A stretch of DNA of 64,000 bases from the NCBI GenBank assembly GCA_051362555.1, contig CM120644.1:23210534-23274533 (forward strand). Reading direction: 5' to 3'. Each line of letters opens with the position of its first letter. Position 1 is the first letter of the stretch. A program made the translations under genes and the position numbers. Source of the stretch: Lingula anatina (lineage: Eukaryota; Animalia; Brachiopoda). Under the pieces are notes generated by a model, which worked only from the letters and a program-made list of their open reading frames with translations, had not been told where the DNA came from and searched no databases. Below are positions 1 through 10,651 of this stretch, in pieces.

Positions 1-720
1 CCCTTTCTACTACCTTAGATAAAAATGACAAATTGGAAACAGGACGATAGTTTACCAAAAGATCCGTGTCAAGGTTGTCCTTTTTGAGTAGTGGGCGAAT
101 TATTGCAGATTTAAACTTTTTTGGAAAAACACCCACAGTGAAACATTTGTTGATAATTTCCACAATCAAAGTTATTACAGCCGGAAGAATCTGAACCAAT
201 AATGATGATGGGATCGGGTCTAACATGCATGATGTCTTTTTGGAACTGTTTATTATCTTTGTTACTTCACAAGTGGTTGTTGGTTCAAATATAGTGATGA
301 GTGACTGCGGTTCTTGTAAAAGTTCTGACAAAGGTGGATGCGATGGTGTAGTCACAGTCTTTCCTAATTCAGAAAGTTCAGCGTTGATATTACTGACTTT
401 AGACACGAAAAAGTCACTCATGTTATTTGCAAGATCTTTCACTGAATCTGTTTTGGGGTACTTAGAGCAATTAGTTTTTCCCAGAATAGTGTTGACAGTT
501 CTAAATAAAGCCTTGGTATCACCATCACATTCTTGTATCATGTTAGAATAATACGTTTCTTTAGCTTGACAGATTAATTTGTTTACATGACAACATGCTT
601 CTTTATAGATCTGATGATGAACAGTTAATTTATTACCTCGCCACTTCCTCTCCGCTTTCCTTCTGTCTCTCTTTGCCTCCAGAATGTGATCATTCATCCA
701 AGGTTGCAGATCTTTCTTAA
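1..720 (-). mobile_element. L2/CR1-type LINE ORF2 (reverse transcriptase N-terminal region) fragment, running off the window edge
   Basis: The minus-strand translation contains KKTSCMLDPIPSSLL...IINKCFTVGVFPKKFKSAIIRPLLKKDNLD...NYRPVSNLSFLSKVVER, typical of CR1/L2 RT. Confidence 0.88.
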
Positions 721-736
721 CAAACATTGGTAACAA

Positions 737-1020
737 CCCGCACAAAAATGCAGTAGTATCGAAGTAGCAAAGAAGCATTAACGCAGTAGTGGTGTGGAGC
801 ATATTTGCAGTAGAAATGCAGTATAGCCTACTGCAATTCTACTCAAAAAATTACATAGGGTTGTACAGAGGAGGAGCATTAATGCAGTAGATTAGCAGCA
901 TGATAGAAGCATGTTTCAAATATGCTAATTAGCTCCCAAATCGAAGCAGATTTGAAGCATGTTTGCAGTATGATTGCAGTAGTCTACTGCGCTGGAGCAT
1001 CTACTTCGTTTTCGTGCGGG
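737..1020. mobile_element. MITE (~284 bp) with CCCGCAC(A/G)AAAA... terminal inverted repeats, copy 1
   Basis: Termini are cccgcacaaaaatgcagtag ... ctacttcgttttcgtgcggg. A near-identical copy lies at 35833-36116. Confidence 0.85.
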
Positions 1021-1358
1021 AACTTATACAAATACAGACTTGACATTTAATATGGAATATTTTTTTCAAAATCATTTTTCATCAGTTTTTTCCTATTTTG
1101 CAGACTGATAAATGAAAATAAGGATTAAAATCGTGTTTTAATAACTTTTAATTATCTCTTTGATGTCATTGTGACATCAGTTCATTAATGGAATTCGCCA
1201 GAGAAGCAAACAAAAACACATTGCCTATTCTATGTCATACGACAACCATTAAAAGGGATATTTTGGACCTCCATATTTTCCAAATTATTGTCTGTAAAGG
1301 AGTTAAACGCTCCACAAAGGACCCTCATGTCAGTGTCTAGTCACAGTAACGGTCGCTG

Positions 1359-2318
1359 TTACGCCTGACTTCTTCTGGCTGCTACCAGCGCTCTCAAGTG
1401 GCACGGCATTCCTTGGGATAGGTTTTTAAAGTTCAATCTGGAATAACATTCCAGGCATCGGTCAAAATCTGCCCAATTTGGTCCAGTTTTGTTGTAGGAC
1501 ATGTAAGCCATTGATTCGGAGAGTAATGGCCTACCCACATATTGTCTATGTGGCTCAAATATGGCGATTTTGATGACCAAGGTAGCTGCTTATTCCCTTG
1601 GTTCTGTAAGTAAACTGCTATTAAAAGTGCTCTGTGTGAACTGGCAATCTCACCGTGCAACCTAAAATTGTTCCTAAGTTGTCCCCTATCAAATGAAAGC
1701 AAAGTGTTTCCCAGACTATTTCTTTATTTCATCTGGTTCAGGTTTTCGTCGATGACTACCATTGGTGTTTTGGCACCAATGTGGTATCCACTCCAAATAC
1801 AGACGCTGTTAATGACCTTAGTCACTTTAGAAGCGGCACACGCTTCGTCAATGGCCTCTTCTGGATGTCTGTAAACTCTGTTTTGACTAGTTGAGCGGTG
1901 CAGGTGAAATCTGACCTCAATAAAGAAAGCCATGAGATTTCAGTGTTCGACCCAGAAACAGTCAAGGTACCCAATTCAATAGAGAAACATACAACGATGT
2001 TTTGCTGTTTACGGGGGGTTCCTCGGAGGTCGTTTGGTATTCTAACCTGCTAAAACCAGTTTGGTGTTCGCTAAGGGCCTTGAAAAATGCATTTTGGTGG
2101 TAATTTACCCCTCATTCTGAACGGACTTGGTGGTTTTTGTTTAGTTGCAACAGCATATCCCGACAGACAGTGGGTCCTGTACCCTGGTGGTAAGATTTCA
2201 ATACATTGGGTACGGCCTCTGTGTCGGTACATCAGTTTGGCCATTACTCTATAAAACTGTGTGGACCGTTTCGTTTGGCGCAATTACCTGTCTGGTAATG
2301 CCTGCCCTTTCGCGCCAT
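1359..2318 (-). pseudogene. Decayed Tc1-family transposase
   Basis: Frame-broken pieces include TKRPPRNPP*TAKHR, FFIEVRFHLHRSTSQNRVYRH...SVCIWSG...KTPMVVIDENLN, LPWSSKSPYLSHIDNMW (matching WPSKSPDLNPIE), AWNVIP and the C-terminal LRALVAARR. Confidence 0.85.
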
Positions 2319-2838
2319 TCTGCCACAGATTAACAAATTTGTAAAGCACTGCATAGCTCATCTTACACATTGCAAACCCGCCCACTTGCATGCAAAATTT
2401 CAAATTCTTCTATGCAGTTGTTGCCGACATATGGATACTTTTTTGACGGAACCATGCTTTGCCAAAGCCAAGCTTTGACCTGCCCAAAGGAGCACTACCC
2501 AATTAAATCACTGCAAATTACATAATGCAGCAGCGCAACAAACCTTTTAATCAGTTAATTGGTAGCGACACACCCGACTACACACTTCTCCATTCACATA
2601 TCTTATATGAGATCGAAGTTTGTGAAAAAAAACGCATTTTCATCTAGGCATACATTCGAAACTGAAATATTCCATATTAAATGTCAAGTCTGTATAACAT
2701 ATTCTGTTGTACCACAAATAAGGCAGTTATAGCTATTATTCTGATATCTGATCTTGTCTTTAGACCACGTGACCTCCATTGATGGCTATATTCTGTTATA
2801 ATCTCTTAAGAGATTATAACAAAAAACAAACTTTTTTT

Positions 2839-3697
2839 GGAACTTCTCGAGATACAACGTTACAATGGCTTCAGTTTAGAATAATACATAGGATACTCCC
2901 TTTGGGTGCTTATTTGAAAAAGATTGGCATTCAGGATAATGACATATGTGGCTTTTGTAAAAGAGACCGTGAAGATCTCCTTCATGTGTTTATACAGTGT
3001 AATAGTGTGCGTCCTCTTTGGAATAAGTTTCAAGACCATATACTCGAAAAAACTAATGTCAATTTGGATCTCGATGACTATAAAATCTTGTTTGGAATAA
3101 AATGCACAACGGAAAGTAAAATTTTTAATTTACTTATTATGTTTGGAAAACTATATATTTACAAGTGCCTGAAACAAAAAAAGACCCCAAGCTTTCAAGG
3201 TCTTTTGGGTTACATAAAATTTATGTATCATGTTGAAAAAAATATTGCTTTGCGTCATGGATCTTGCACATATGACAACTTTGTTAAACAATGGGCACAA
3301 TGGTTACCACTTTTTGTTGAAGGGGAATAGCAGTAGCATCCCTTTCTTTATCTTTTGGGTTTAAGTTTTCTATTATATTTTATTTAATTTTGTTTTGTTA
3401 ATCAGCAGGCACTTAGAGATGAAGTTACTATATTTGAGTGAAATGGACAGACAACTAATTAGTCTATTTTTGTAAACACAACTGTGTAATGCAAGGATAA
3501 TATACATATTAGCAGTGACCAAGTATGAGTGTTGTGCGTACGTGGGTATGTGTGCGTGTATGAAAGGAACATATATATATATACTCTATTTGTGTTTATT
3601 TATTTACTTATTATTATTTTTTTTCCATAATAAAAAAAAAATATTAATGAAGTGAATACATTAAATAATAAAGAAAAAAAAAAAAAAAAAAAAAAAA
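2839..3697 (+). mobile_element. 5'-truncated L1/Tx1-type LINE insertion (zf-RVT C-terminus, 3'UTR, poly-A, TSD)
   Basis: The translation reads LQWLQFRIIHRILP...CGFCKRDREDLLHVFIQC...LW (CCHC), with a stop at 3330 and poly-A at about 3674-3697. A flanking aaacttttt duplication is present, and the empty site is visible in the duplicated block at about 26095-26110. Confidence 0.88.
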
Positions 3698-4174
3698 CTT
3701 TTTAGAAAAAAAAACAGGGACTAACTTTGAATGTAAAAATGGATTCATTAACCCTTGGTAACTATGGGGAAATTGTTGCTTACTGCAGGAAAAATCATTT
3801 TTGGCCAAAACGAAGAGTTATATTGTCCCTCTAATGTTCCACGTTCTAATATAATCAAGGCAAATATCAACTAAAACTTGAAGTTCTTTACGTCCTAATT
3901 TTTACGTTTTAAATAAAGGGAATCATGTTTATAAAACACAGTAAAACAACCTAAATCAAATTACATTTCACATTTGGCGGGTAATCTTGAAGTAATGTAT
4001 ACATTTGTATATTCAATGTACGCATATGAGGTTTAGATACATGAAGGTTTCAAGGGAAAAGGTCCACTTTTTCAGAAAAAGAATCACACTTTTAAAATTG
4101 ATGGCTACGGACCTGCCGAGTTTTAACTTTACCAAAAGGCTTTCAAATAATGGTCGTATTTCAGCAACTCTGCA

Positions 4175-4225
<51 letters not shown>

Positions 4226-4381
4226 AGAAATGCGAGAATGGACTGAAAACCACCAGAAAACTGCGGTGTTTTAAACATGTTACTGTGCTGTGAACTTATT
4301 CAAAATTTTTAAGGTAAAACATCTACTGAACCTTTTCTAGTCGCATTTCCACGGAGTCCGAGTCTGCCACATCCACTTCTG

Positions 4382-4424
4382 GGCTGTTAACCGAAAGGTT
4401 GGTTTTTCAAGCCCACCCAGGGAC
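4382..4424 (+). pseudogene. 3' fragment of tRNA-Asn (anticodon arm to acceptor stem)
   Basis: ggctgttaaccgaaaggttggtttttcaagcccacccagggac matches the 3' part of the neighbouring tRNA-Asn. Confidence 0.75.
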
Positions 4425-4693
4425 AAACATGTTTTGATAGAATTCATATTATATAAAGGTTTTTCTCTCGTGATTTCTGAAAAGGATATTTCAGTATATC
4501 CATCAGAATTGAAGTCCTAACTTTGCCCAAACTGGGATACATGTATACCTGTTTGCACGACAGTTAATCAGAATTTATCATCAGAACAGAGGCCTTATAC
4601 ATGAAGGTAAAGCGACGGTGAGATAAAATCTCGATCTACCTGCCGTTATGAGAGCCCCAGGTGCTAATTAATACCTTCAGGTGAGTAATATAG

Positions 4694-4767
4694 GTCTCTG
4701 TGGCGCAATTGGTTAGCGCGTTCGGCTGTTAACCGAATGGTTGGTGGTGCAAGCCCACCCAGGGACG
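4694..4767 (+). tRNA. tRNA-Asn: tRNA-Asn(GTT), variant or probable pseudogene (T-loop TTC changed to TGC)
   Basis: GTCTCTGTGGCGCAATTGGTTAGCGCGTTCGGCTGTTAACCGAATGGTTGGTGGTGCAAGCCCACCCAGGGACG closely matches metazoan tRNA-Asn, but the B-box is mutated. Confidence 0.85.
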
Positions 4768-6581
4768 GTCACAATTTTGTTAATAAGGGGATAAAATGGT
4801 TTATTAAAATCCCGTCTGATGAACGGCAAAATACGACAATATAACTTTACCTCACGATTCTCTGCTGGAGCCAAAGAAAATTGCACATAATCAATGTGCA
4901 GCCCCGGAAGCTTGTAAACTTGACGCAGATTTTATGATTTATGATTATTGGTGTGAGATATATATGGGCAAAGTTTTATACGGGAACCATAATATTTGTG
5001 CTGCAATAAAGAACGAAAATTGTGGAGGTCTATGTCAGTCAACACCCTGTATTTACAAAATGCCTAGGGAGAGAGATAATCAGTTGTATATTTAAAATCC
5101 ATAAACACACTTTAAACCTATCCTATCCCTAAACTTACCTCCAGTATGCTTTTTGTCTTCAATCATCATATCATTCTCCTGTTCGACACGAGTACCCTTA
5201 TCTATTATACTGGTATTTCTACTCATAGTTCCTTTACTTGTCATCATTAATTCTTGTATATCAGCTTTAACTAGTCCATACTATCCAGCAAACAAACTTG
5301 ATTTCCTGGCATCTTATGGATAATAGGTACATGTGTTTGTCATTATTTATATAACTGCTCGAATGTTCACTGCATTTTTCAATATCATATGTTAGTTCGT
5401 GTCAACAGTCCCTCAACATCAGTATTATCTTCATTGGTCATAACTTTGGATGTTAAATCTTTGATAATCTTATCTTACTGGGCTCAACATTTCTATCATG
5501 TAAGATAGTCATCTATAATCTAAAACTCGACCAAATTGAATTGTTAACTTGTTTGTTAACTCATCTGCTTCCCCCAACTTGGTTTTCACACAAATTTCTT
5601 CATTACAATCACTTATTCACAGTATTTGTCTATCATCACACAGAAAAAAAATAAATAACCTACGTGGTGTATGCAGGTCATGTCAATTTTGCCCTGCCTC
5701 ACATCACTCTAGCAGTCATTTTGGATACTTCATTCCATGAATGTTTCCTGTGCTACTGTAAAGAACTCTTTGTTGTAGATTCAGAATAGGTGAAATGGAA
5801 AAGATCTGTATAGTAGCGTACGAAATCATATGGGCTACCTGTTACAGGGTTTACATAGCTGTGGTCAGGGAGAAATTGATCTGAAGCTTAATGCTGGTGT
5901 AATATAATGCAGCATACTGTTCTATGTATATTATCTGTGAAGCAAAAATCAGTTAGACATAATGTGACCGTCTACACTTCATTGATTCTTCAAATGTTTG
6001 ACTTGACGGCCAGATTATCGTGAGAGATAAAACTATTTCCTTAATTCACCTATTCACCCATAAAACTAGTTTTACAGAACTGCTGAGTAGCATTATGTAA
6101 TAGCTTCCAATAAATAATTCAGCAAGCTGACAAAATCGGGTTTGCCGCCAGTATTACATCGTAATACCTTAAAATGCCATTAATTGCGCTATAATTGTAT
6201 AATTTCTCAAACATATAATGCACGCCTGCTTTGTTTTCCCTGAAAAGCACGGCTCGGCGCGTAAACACATGCACAAACTACCCGTGGGGTCACACCAACA
6301 TAAAATCAACCATTCTGACTTCTTGCTAGTAGAATGACAATAGCTGTTGCAGTGTCATCTGACATGATATTGTCATAAGGAGAAAGTGTCAGGTAAACAG
6401 AGAAGAATGACTCGGCCACAGACAACTACCCTCTGACCGAAATCTCGTCGTGTATGGTATTTTTTAAATAAAAAAGCATCTCTTCTGGCACCTATTGAGT
6501 GATATCATGGCATTGTTCCACTTTTCTGCCCACACTCCGTTTATCAATTCAATTCAAATACAAAGTTTATAGTAGAACCAT

Positions 6582-6628
<47 letters not shown>

Positions 6629-7129
6629 GATAACTGTAAATATTATTTGGGAATTGAAAGAAAGTCAAAACCAACGTCAATTTAACAGTGTGCTCTAAAA
6701 AAAAGCCTATGATCAATTTTTGAGGCAAATGGCGTGACTGATTTATGACTTAATCGCCAAAAGAAATGGGCAGTTTGATTGAACCAAAAACATTCTGTGA
6801 TGATCCATTCACTACAGAAAAATTCTTCATGTGAGTTGTTTTATAAAATGTAAGATTTCTGTTATCTAACAATTTCAAAAATTGCTCTGACACAAGATTT
6901 AACGACGCCTAGGTATCGACTAATGCATGAACACGTATCTTTAATTTTTAATTGACAGCAATTGATGACGTTGAATAGTCGAAGATCTGATGTCTTTCTT
7001 ATCATTTTACCTACCATATAATTATAGACATATAGTCATTTAGCGTAATAGCTTTCTCAAGTTACCCCACTCGATTACACACATGACAAGGTAAATTCCG
7101 AGTGAAACGGTTACTTTTCAAAAGTGTGA

Positions 7130-7950
7130 ACTCACCACAACCATTGCACATCGGACATGTATGTTTTTGTGAGTTTGACTTGGTCTCGGATCTCCCTCAT
7201 TGTAGATTGTTGACGCTTACATGCACCCCCGAATTGTTGGTACTGGAACCGGCGTGGGGTATATACCATTACCTCCCGGAGATTGCTGTTGTACTGTCGA
7301 GGTGAGTCTTGCAATGTTATTGTCTGTTCTTTCGGTTGTGACGATGTTCATTCCCCTCCCCCAGTTGTTTCTACCAAATGGACGTCTGTGGGGCGATATG
7401 CGTTGACCACTTGGGTCAACTTTTCGTGGAGGGCGTCGATTTTGGCCATTACCTCCATGATGTTCATAATGTGCTTTTCTCCTGAAGGTTGCACTGCATT
7501 CTCCGCCAGCCTTGCTTGCTCCAATAATTGGTCTTGATCATGTGGTTCCCTTTGAACCACAGATGACCTAATTTGTGGCAACGATCCATTTAGAATTGCT
7601 ATAGACGTACGTGACGTGTTGATATAGCTGTGACTGCTGTACATCTCGTCGCATGGAAGAGACATAGTTTAGAAACGGTTCTCCAGAACTTGCAGTCTTT
7701 CAAATAATTTGGAAATTTGGAAACAAGACTCTTGGTTCATTGTATACTTTCCAAAAATTTCACAGCTGTGATGTTCACAGTCCTTTTTTCATTTTGACTT
7801 GCTGGTTTCGTATTAGTCTAATGTCGAAATTATTTGCTTTGTGTAACAGATACACTTTTTTAAATGATTAATCCCTTCTTCGACATCCTATTTTGGAATT
7901 ACCAAGGTGAAATATCTAAATCTAAAGACACGCCCTTGGATCTTTTTTCT
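7130..7950 (-). mobile_element. Decayed Ty3/Gypsy-like gag remnant, copy 1
   Basis: SIAILNGSLPQIRSSVVQREPHDQDQLLEQARLAE resembles the retrotransposon gag motif NGL.P.IR..V....P..L......AR..E. The frame is broken, and copies exist at about 29470-30480 and 41483-42120. Confidence 0.6.
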
Positions 7951-8631
7951 CCATTGCTATCACATACTAGCCTACAAAAGTACAACATCTGTCAACTCTC
8001 CTCAATCTGTCAATCACAAATTAAGCACTTAATTATCAGTGTCAGATTTTCGCGGTATTGACTGTGAAGTCGGCACAAGGGTGGCCAAGACCATTGACAT
8101 AAGCGCCATCTAGCGTCAAATCGAGTTTTGGCTTCTACTAGTTGCGTTTTGACGACGGAACAGGCAGCCCTTCTTCACTGACAGGTCGTGTGATGACCGC
8201 GTGTTCCGAGTTGCAATATTTTTCTCAAACCCTTGATGTCCATGTCAGTATAAATGTCTGAGACGGTTAGAACCAGATCATTCACTCTATACAACACATA
8301 AAATGCAATAATTATCTATACACTATACATAACATACAATAATTTTCTCTAAACAATACATAAAATACAACTTTTATATGAAAAATGAAAACATATTTGT
8401 TATATTCATCACTGTACATTGGTATGTGTACAGACATCTCATATTGGATAGCTGGAGTTGCGCTGCATATTGTTTTAAAACGCATTGTGAAATAATATCT
8501 CTGTAAAAAATATGTTGATTAAATTGAAAAAGTATGTAAGCTAAGTCTTGCTGACAGATATTAGTCATACAACATTGACAATTATGACACATGCTATGGA
8601 ACTTTGTGAATACGTTCCACTACTATGTCTA

Positions 8632-10225
8632 TTATGTAGTCTTATTGACCACCACATGCCGCCTTCTAAGACGCACGGTGACAGCTTTCTCCGGCTGCAC
8701 TGTGCTCCTGGCCACGTGAACCAACGGAATCTGCGTCTCAGCACAGGTTTCAACGCTGAACTTCTTCACGAGACACGCCAAGGTCATCTTGGCCTCCATT
8801 AGGGCGAACCTCATACCAATGCAGTTTCTGGGGCCTGCCCCAAATGGGAGAGAGGCCATAGGGTGACGTTTAGCAACTCTTTCTGCCGTGAACCTGGATA
8901 GAAATACAACACAAAGATGACGTAGAGTTACGTCATGTCACGTGAACCGTGTTTACACACGACTATTAAAGAGCATGAATACGCTAGGATGGCGTCAGTT
9001 GACATTATAATTACAAGGTTTTTAAAAATGCTTATTATTTAAATAAAACAATACTTCTAAAATATTTAGAAGCATCCTGCGAACAGTTATATTTTTTTTT
9101 ATAATCAAACACAAGGTAAGAGGATAATCAACAAGATGGAAGGTGTTTTAGAAAGAATTAAAAAAAACTGAAACCTTAAGACTCAAATATTTCAAATGTA
9201 AGCATCAAAATAAGATTTAATTATAGTTCCAAACTTTATCTCAGTTTACAACAACTCGAACTTGATAGCAATATCATATGAATATCGATAGATGGCAGCA
9301 CCTTACCGTTCAGGACAGAAGAGGCTGGGGTCTGGGGGTCCCCAGTGATCGGGATCCATGTGGATACTGTAAACGTCACAGCGGACTTTCATGCCTTTGG
9401 GAATGTGAACACCCATCACTGTGCTGGATTCTTGGGCTGTTCTCCCTGGCCCACTAGTGAAAACATACTGGTTTTATAAAAGCAGTTGGACAAAGACATT
9501 CATGATGAAAATTAACCGCTTTTAAAGCAGTCGAGGTGCCTAAAACATATGGTTGAACGGTTTTTGGAAAGAATGGTTGACTGAGTGATCATCCTTTTAT
9601 ATCATCAATTTCAAAAGTCTGCAAACCACACACTATGGGAGGAGATGGGTAATGCCATCTGTGGATTTTAGGAAAAACAATAAAAATGATAATTTTCACC
9701 TCCAGATGTGTTTTGGCAATTAATGGTCGGTATTTTATGTTTTTATAGAAGTAGTTTGGCGGGAGTCCATTATGAAAAGTAATCCTTTCTAAATAGGCTC
9801 ATTCTACCTTTACCGTGGTTTCCATCTATAAGACACGTTTGTTTAACTTTTCCTTAAAAGACCCTGATTACAAGACTTCGTCATAAACGATTCAGTATTT
9901 TATCATTACACAAAAGGCAATGAAAAATCTATTTCCCTGAAAAATGACTAACCTCATTTTTTAGAATCCGTTTCCAAAGCAAGGTTATGTAGGGAAAGGG
10001 CAGAACAAAGCAGGTGCTCCCAATAATTTATTAATGGTTATTTCATTAGCGAAAAATTAGGTATGTAGCTGCTTATACTAACCTTTTATATAAGAAGATA
10101 AATGTTAATTAAATTTGTATTTTTGAGTCCACTTACAATGGAGCGATAGGGTGTAGTCGTAGCGATTCCTTGAGGAACATGTCCAAATACTGCATCTTAC
10201 TTATGGTGTCATATGATGGAGGACC
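8632..10225 (-). pseudogene. CYP clan-3 gene fragment A (last three exons only)
   Basis: Exons are 10137-10225 (ExxR: KESLRLHP), 9307-9453 (FCPER) and 8632-8893 ([10 protein letters not shown]). The acceptor of the first remaining exon is AA instead of AG. Homology to gene C stops at about 10497. Confidence 0.9.
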
Positions 10226-10651
10226 TTAAAAAATAATTAACAAACAAAATTAATCAACATAACAACGATATTTCTTTCCATACAGAAATGGAAATCAAAG
10301 TCTTCCATTTTCGCCTTAAAATCACTACATCAACACCATACTGTACATGCACATTTATGATCAATACTACATGTATAGGTAATGGTTGGCTCATCTTCGA
10401 GAAAAAAAAAGATGTCACTCTGCATCAGTTGTAATACCTTGCATTATTTTATATGGATTTATATCTTAATTCTGCACGTCCACCATTTCGCTTTAAATCG
10501 CCCGACGGTCATTGAACGAGCTTGTAATTCCGCAATAGACGTTTTGGTCAGCAAGTTATTTTAACAATTAAAATTATTCAGCGAGATGAGACATGGGTAT
10601 GAATCACTGTCAATCTGAATGCATAATTTAATAGTGTTGTGTTCATTTTAG

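Larger units (their letters stand above)
2737..10497. repeat. Segmental duplication copy 1 (homologous to about 26004-33660)
   Basis: Near-identical sequence starts at ttattctgatatctgatcttgtcttt, with an offset of about 22-23 kb. This copy lacks the equivalent of about 30290-31345. Confidence 0.92.

Noticed and set aside
225-551. 108-aa plus-strand ORF
   Set aside because: It is the antisense shadow of the LINE ORF2 on the minus strand.
2779-3330. 183-aa ORF as a host gene
   Set aside because: It is chimeric: the first roughly 20 codons come from flanking DNA and the rest is a truncated LINE ORF2 C-terminus.
4812-4845. ctgatga downstream of tRNA-Asn as a hammerhead core
   Set aside because: There is no correctly placed GAAA and no helix II pairing.
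8100-8120. CTCF-like motif gcgccatctagcg near a deletion junction
   Set aside because: It is a single short match with no independent support, and such motifs arise readily by chance or within repeats.
8548-8802. Repeated His-rich ORFs (also 16117-16473, 31739-31993, 43534-43779) as an overlapping gene family
   Set aside because: They are antisense frames of the conserved last CYP exon, and their recurrence is explained by the duplication.
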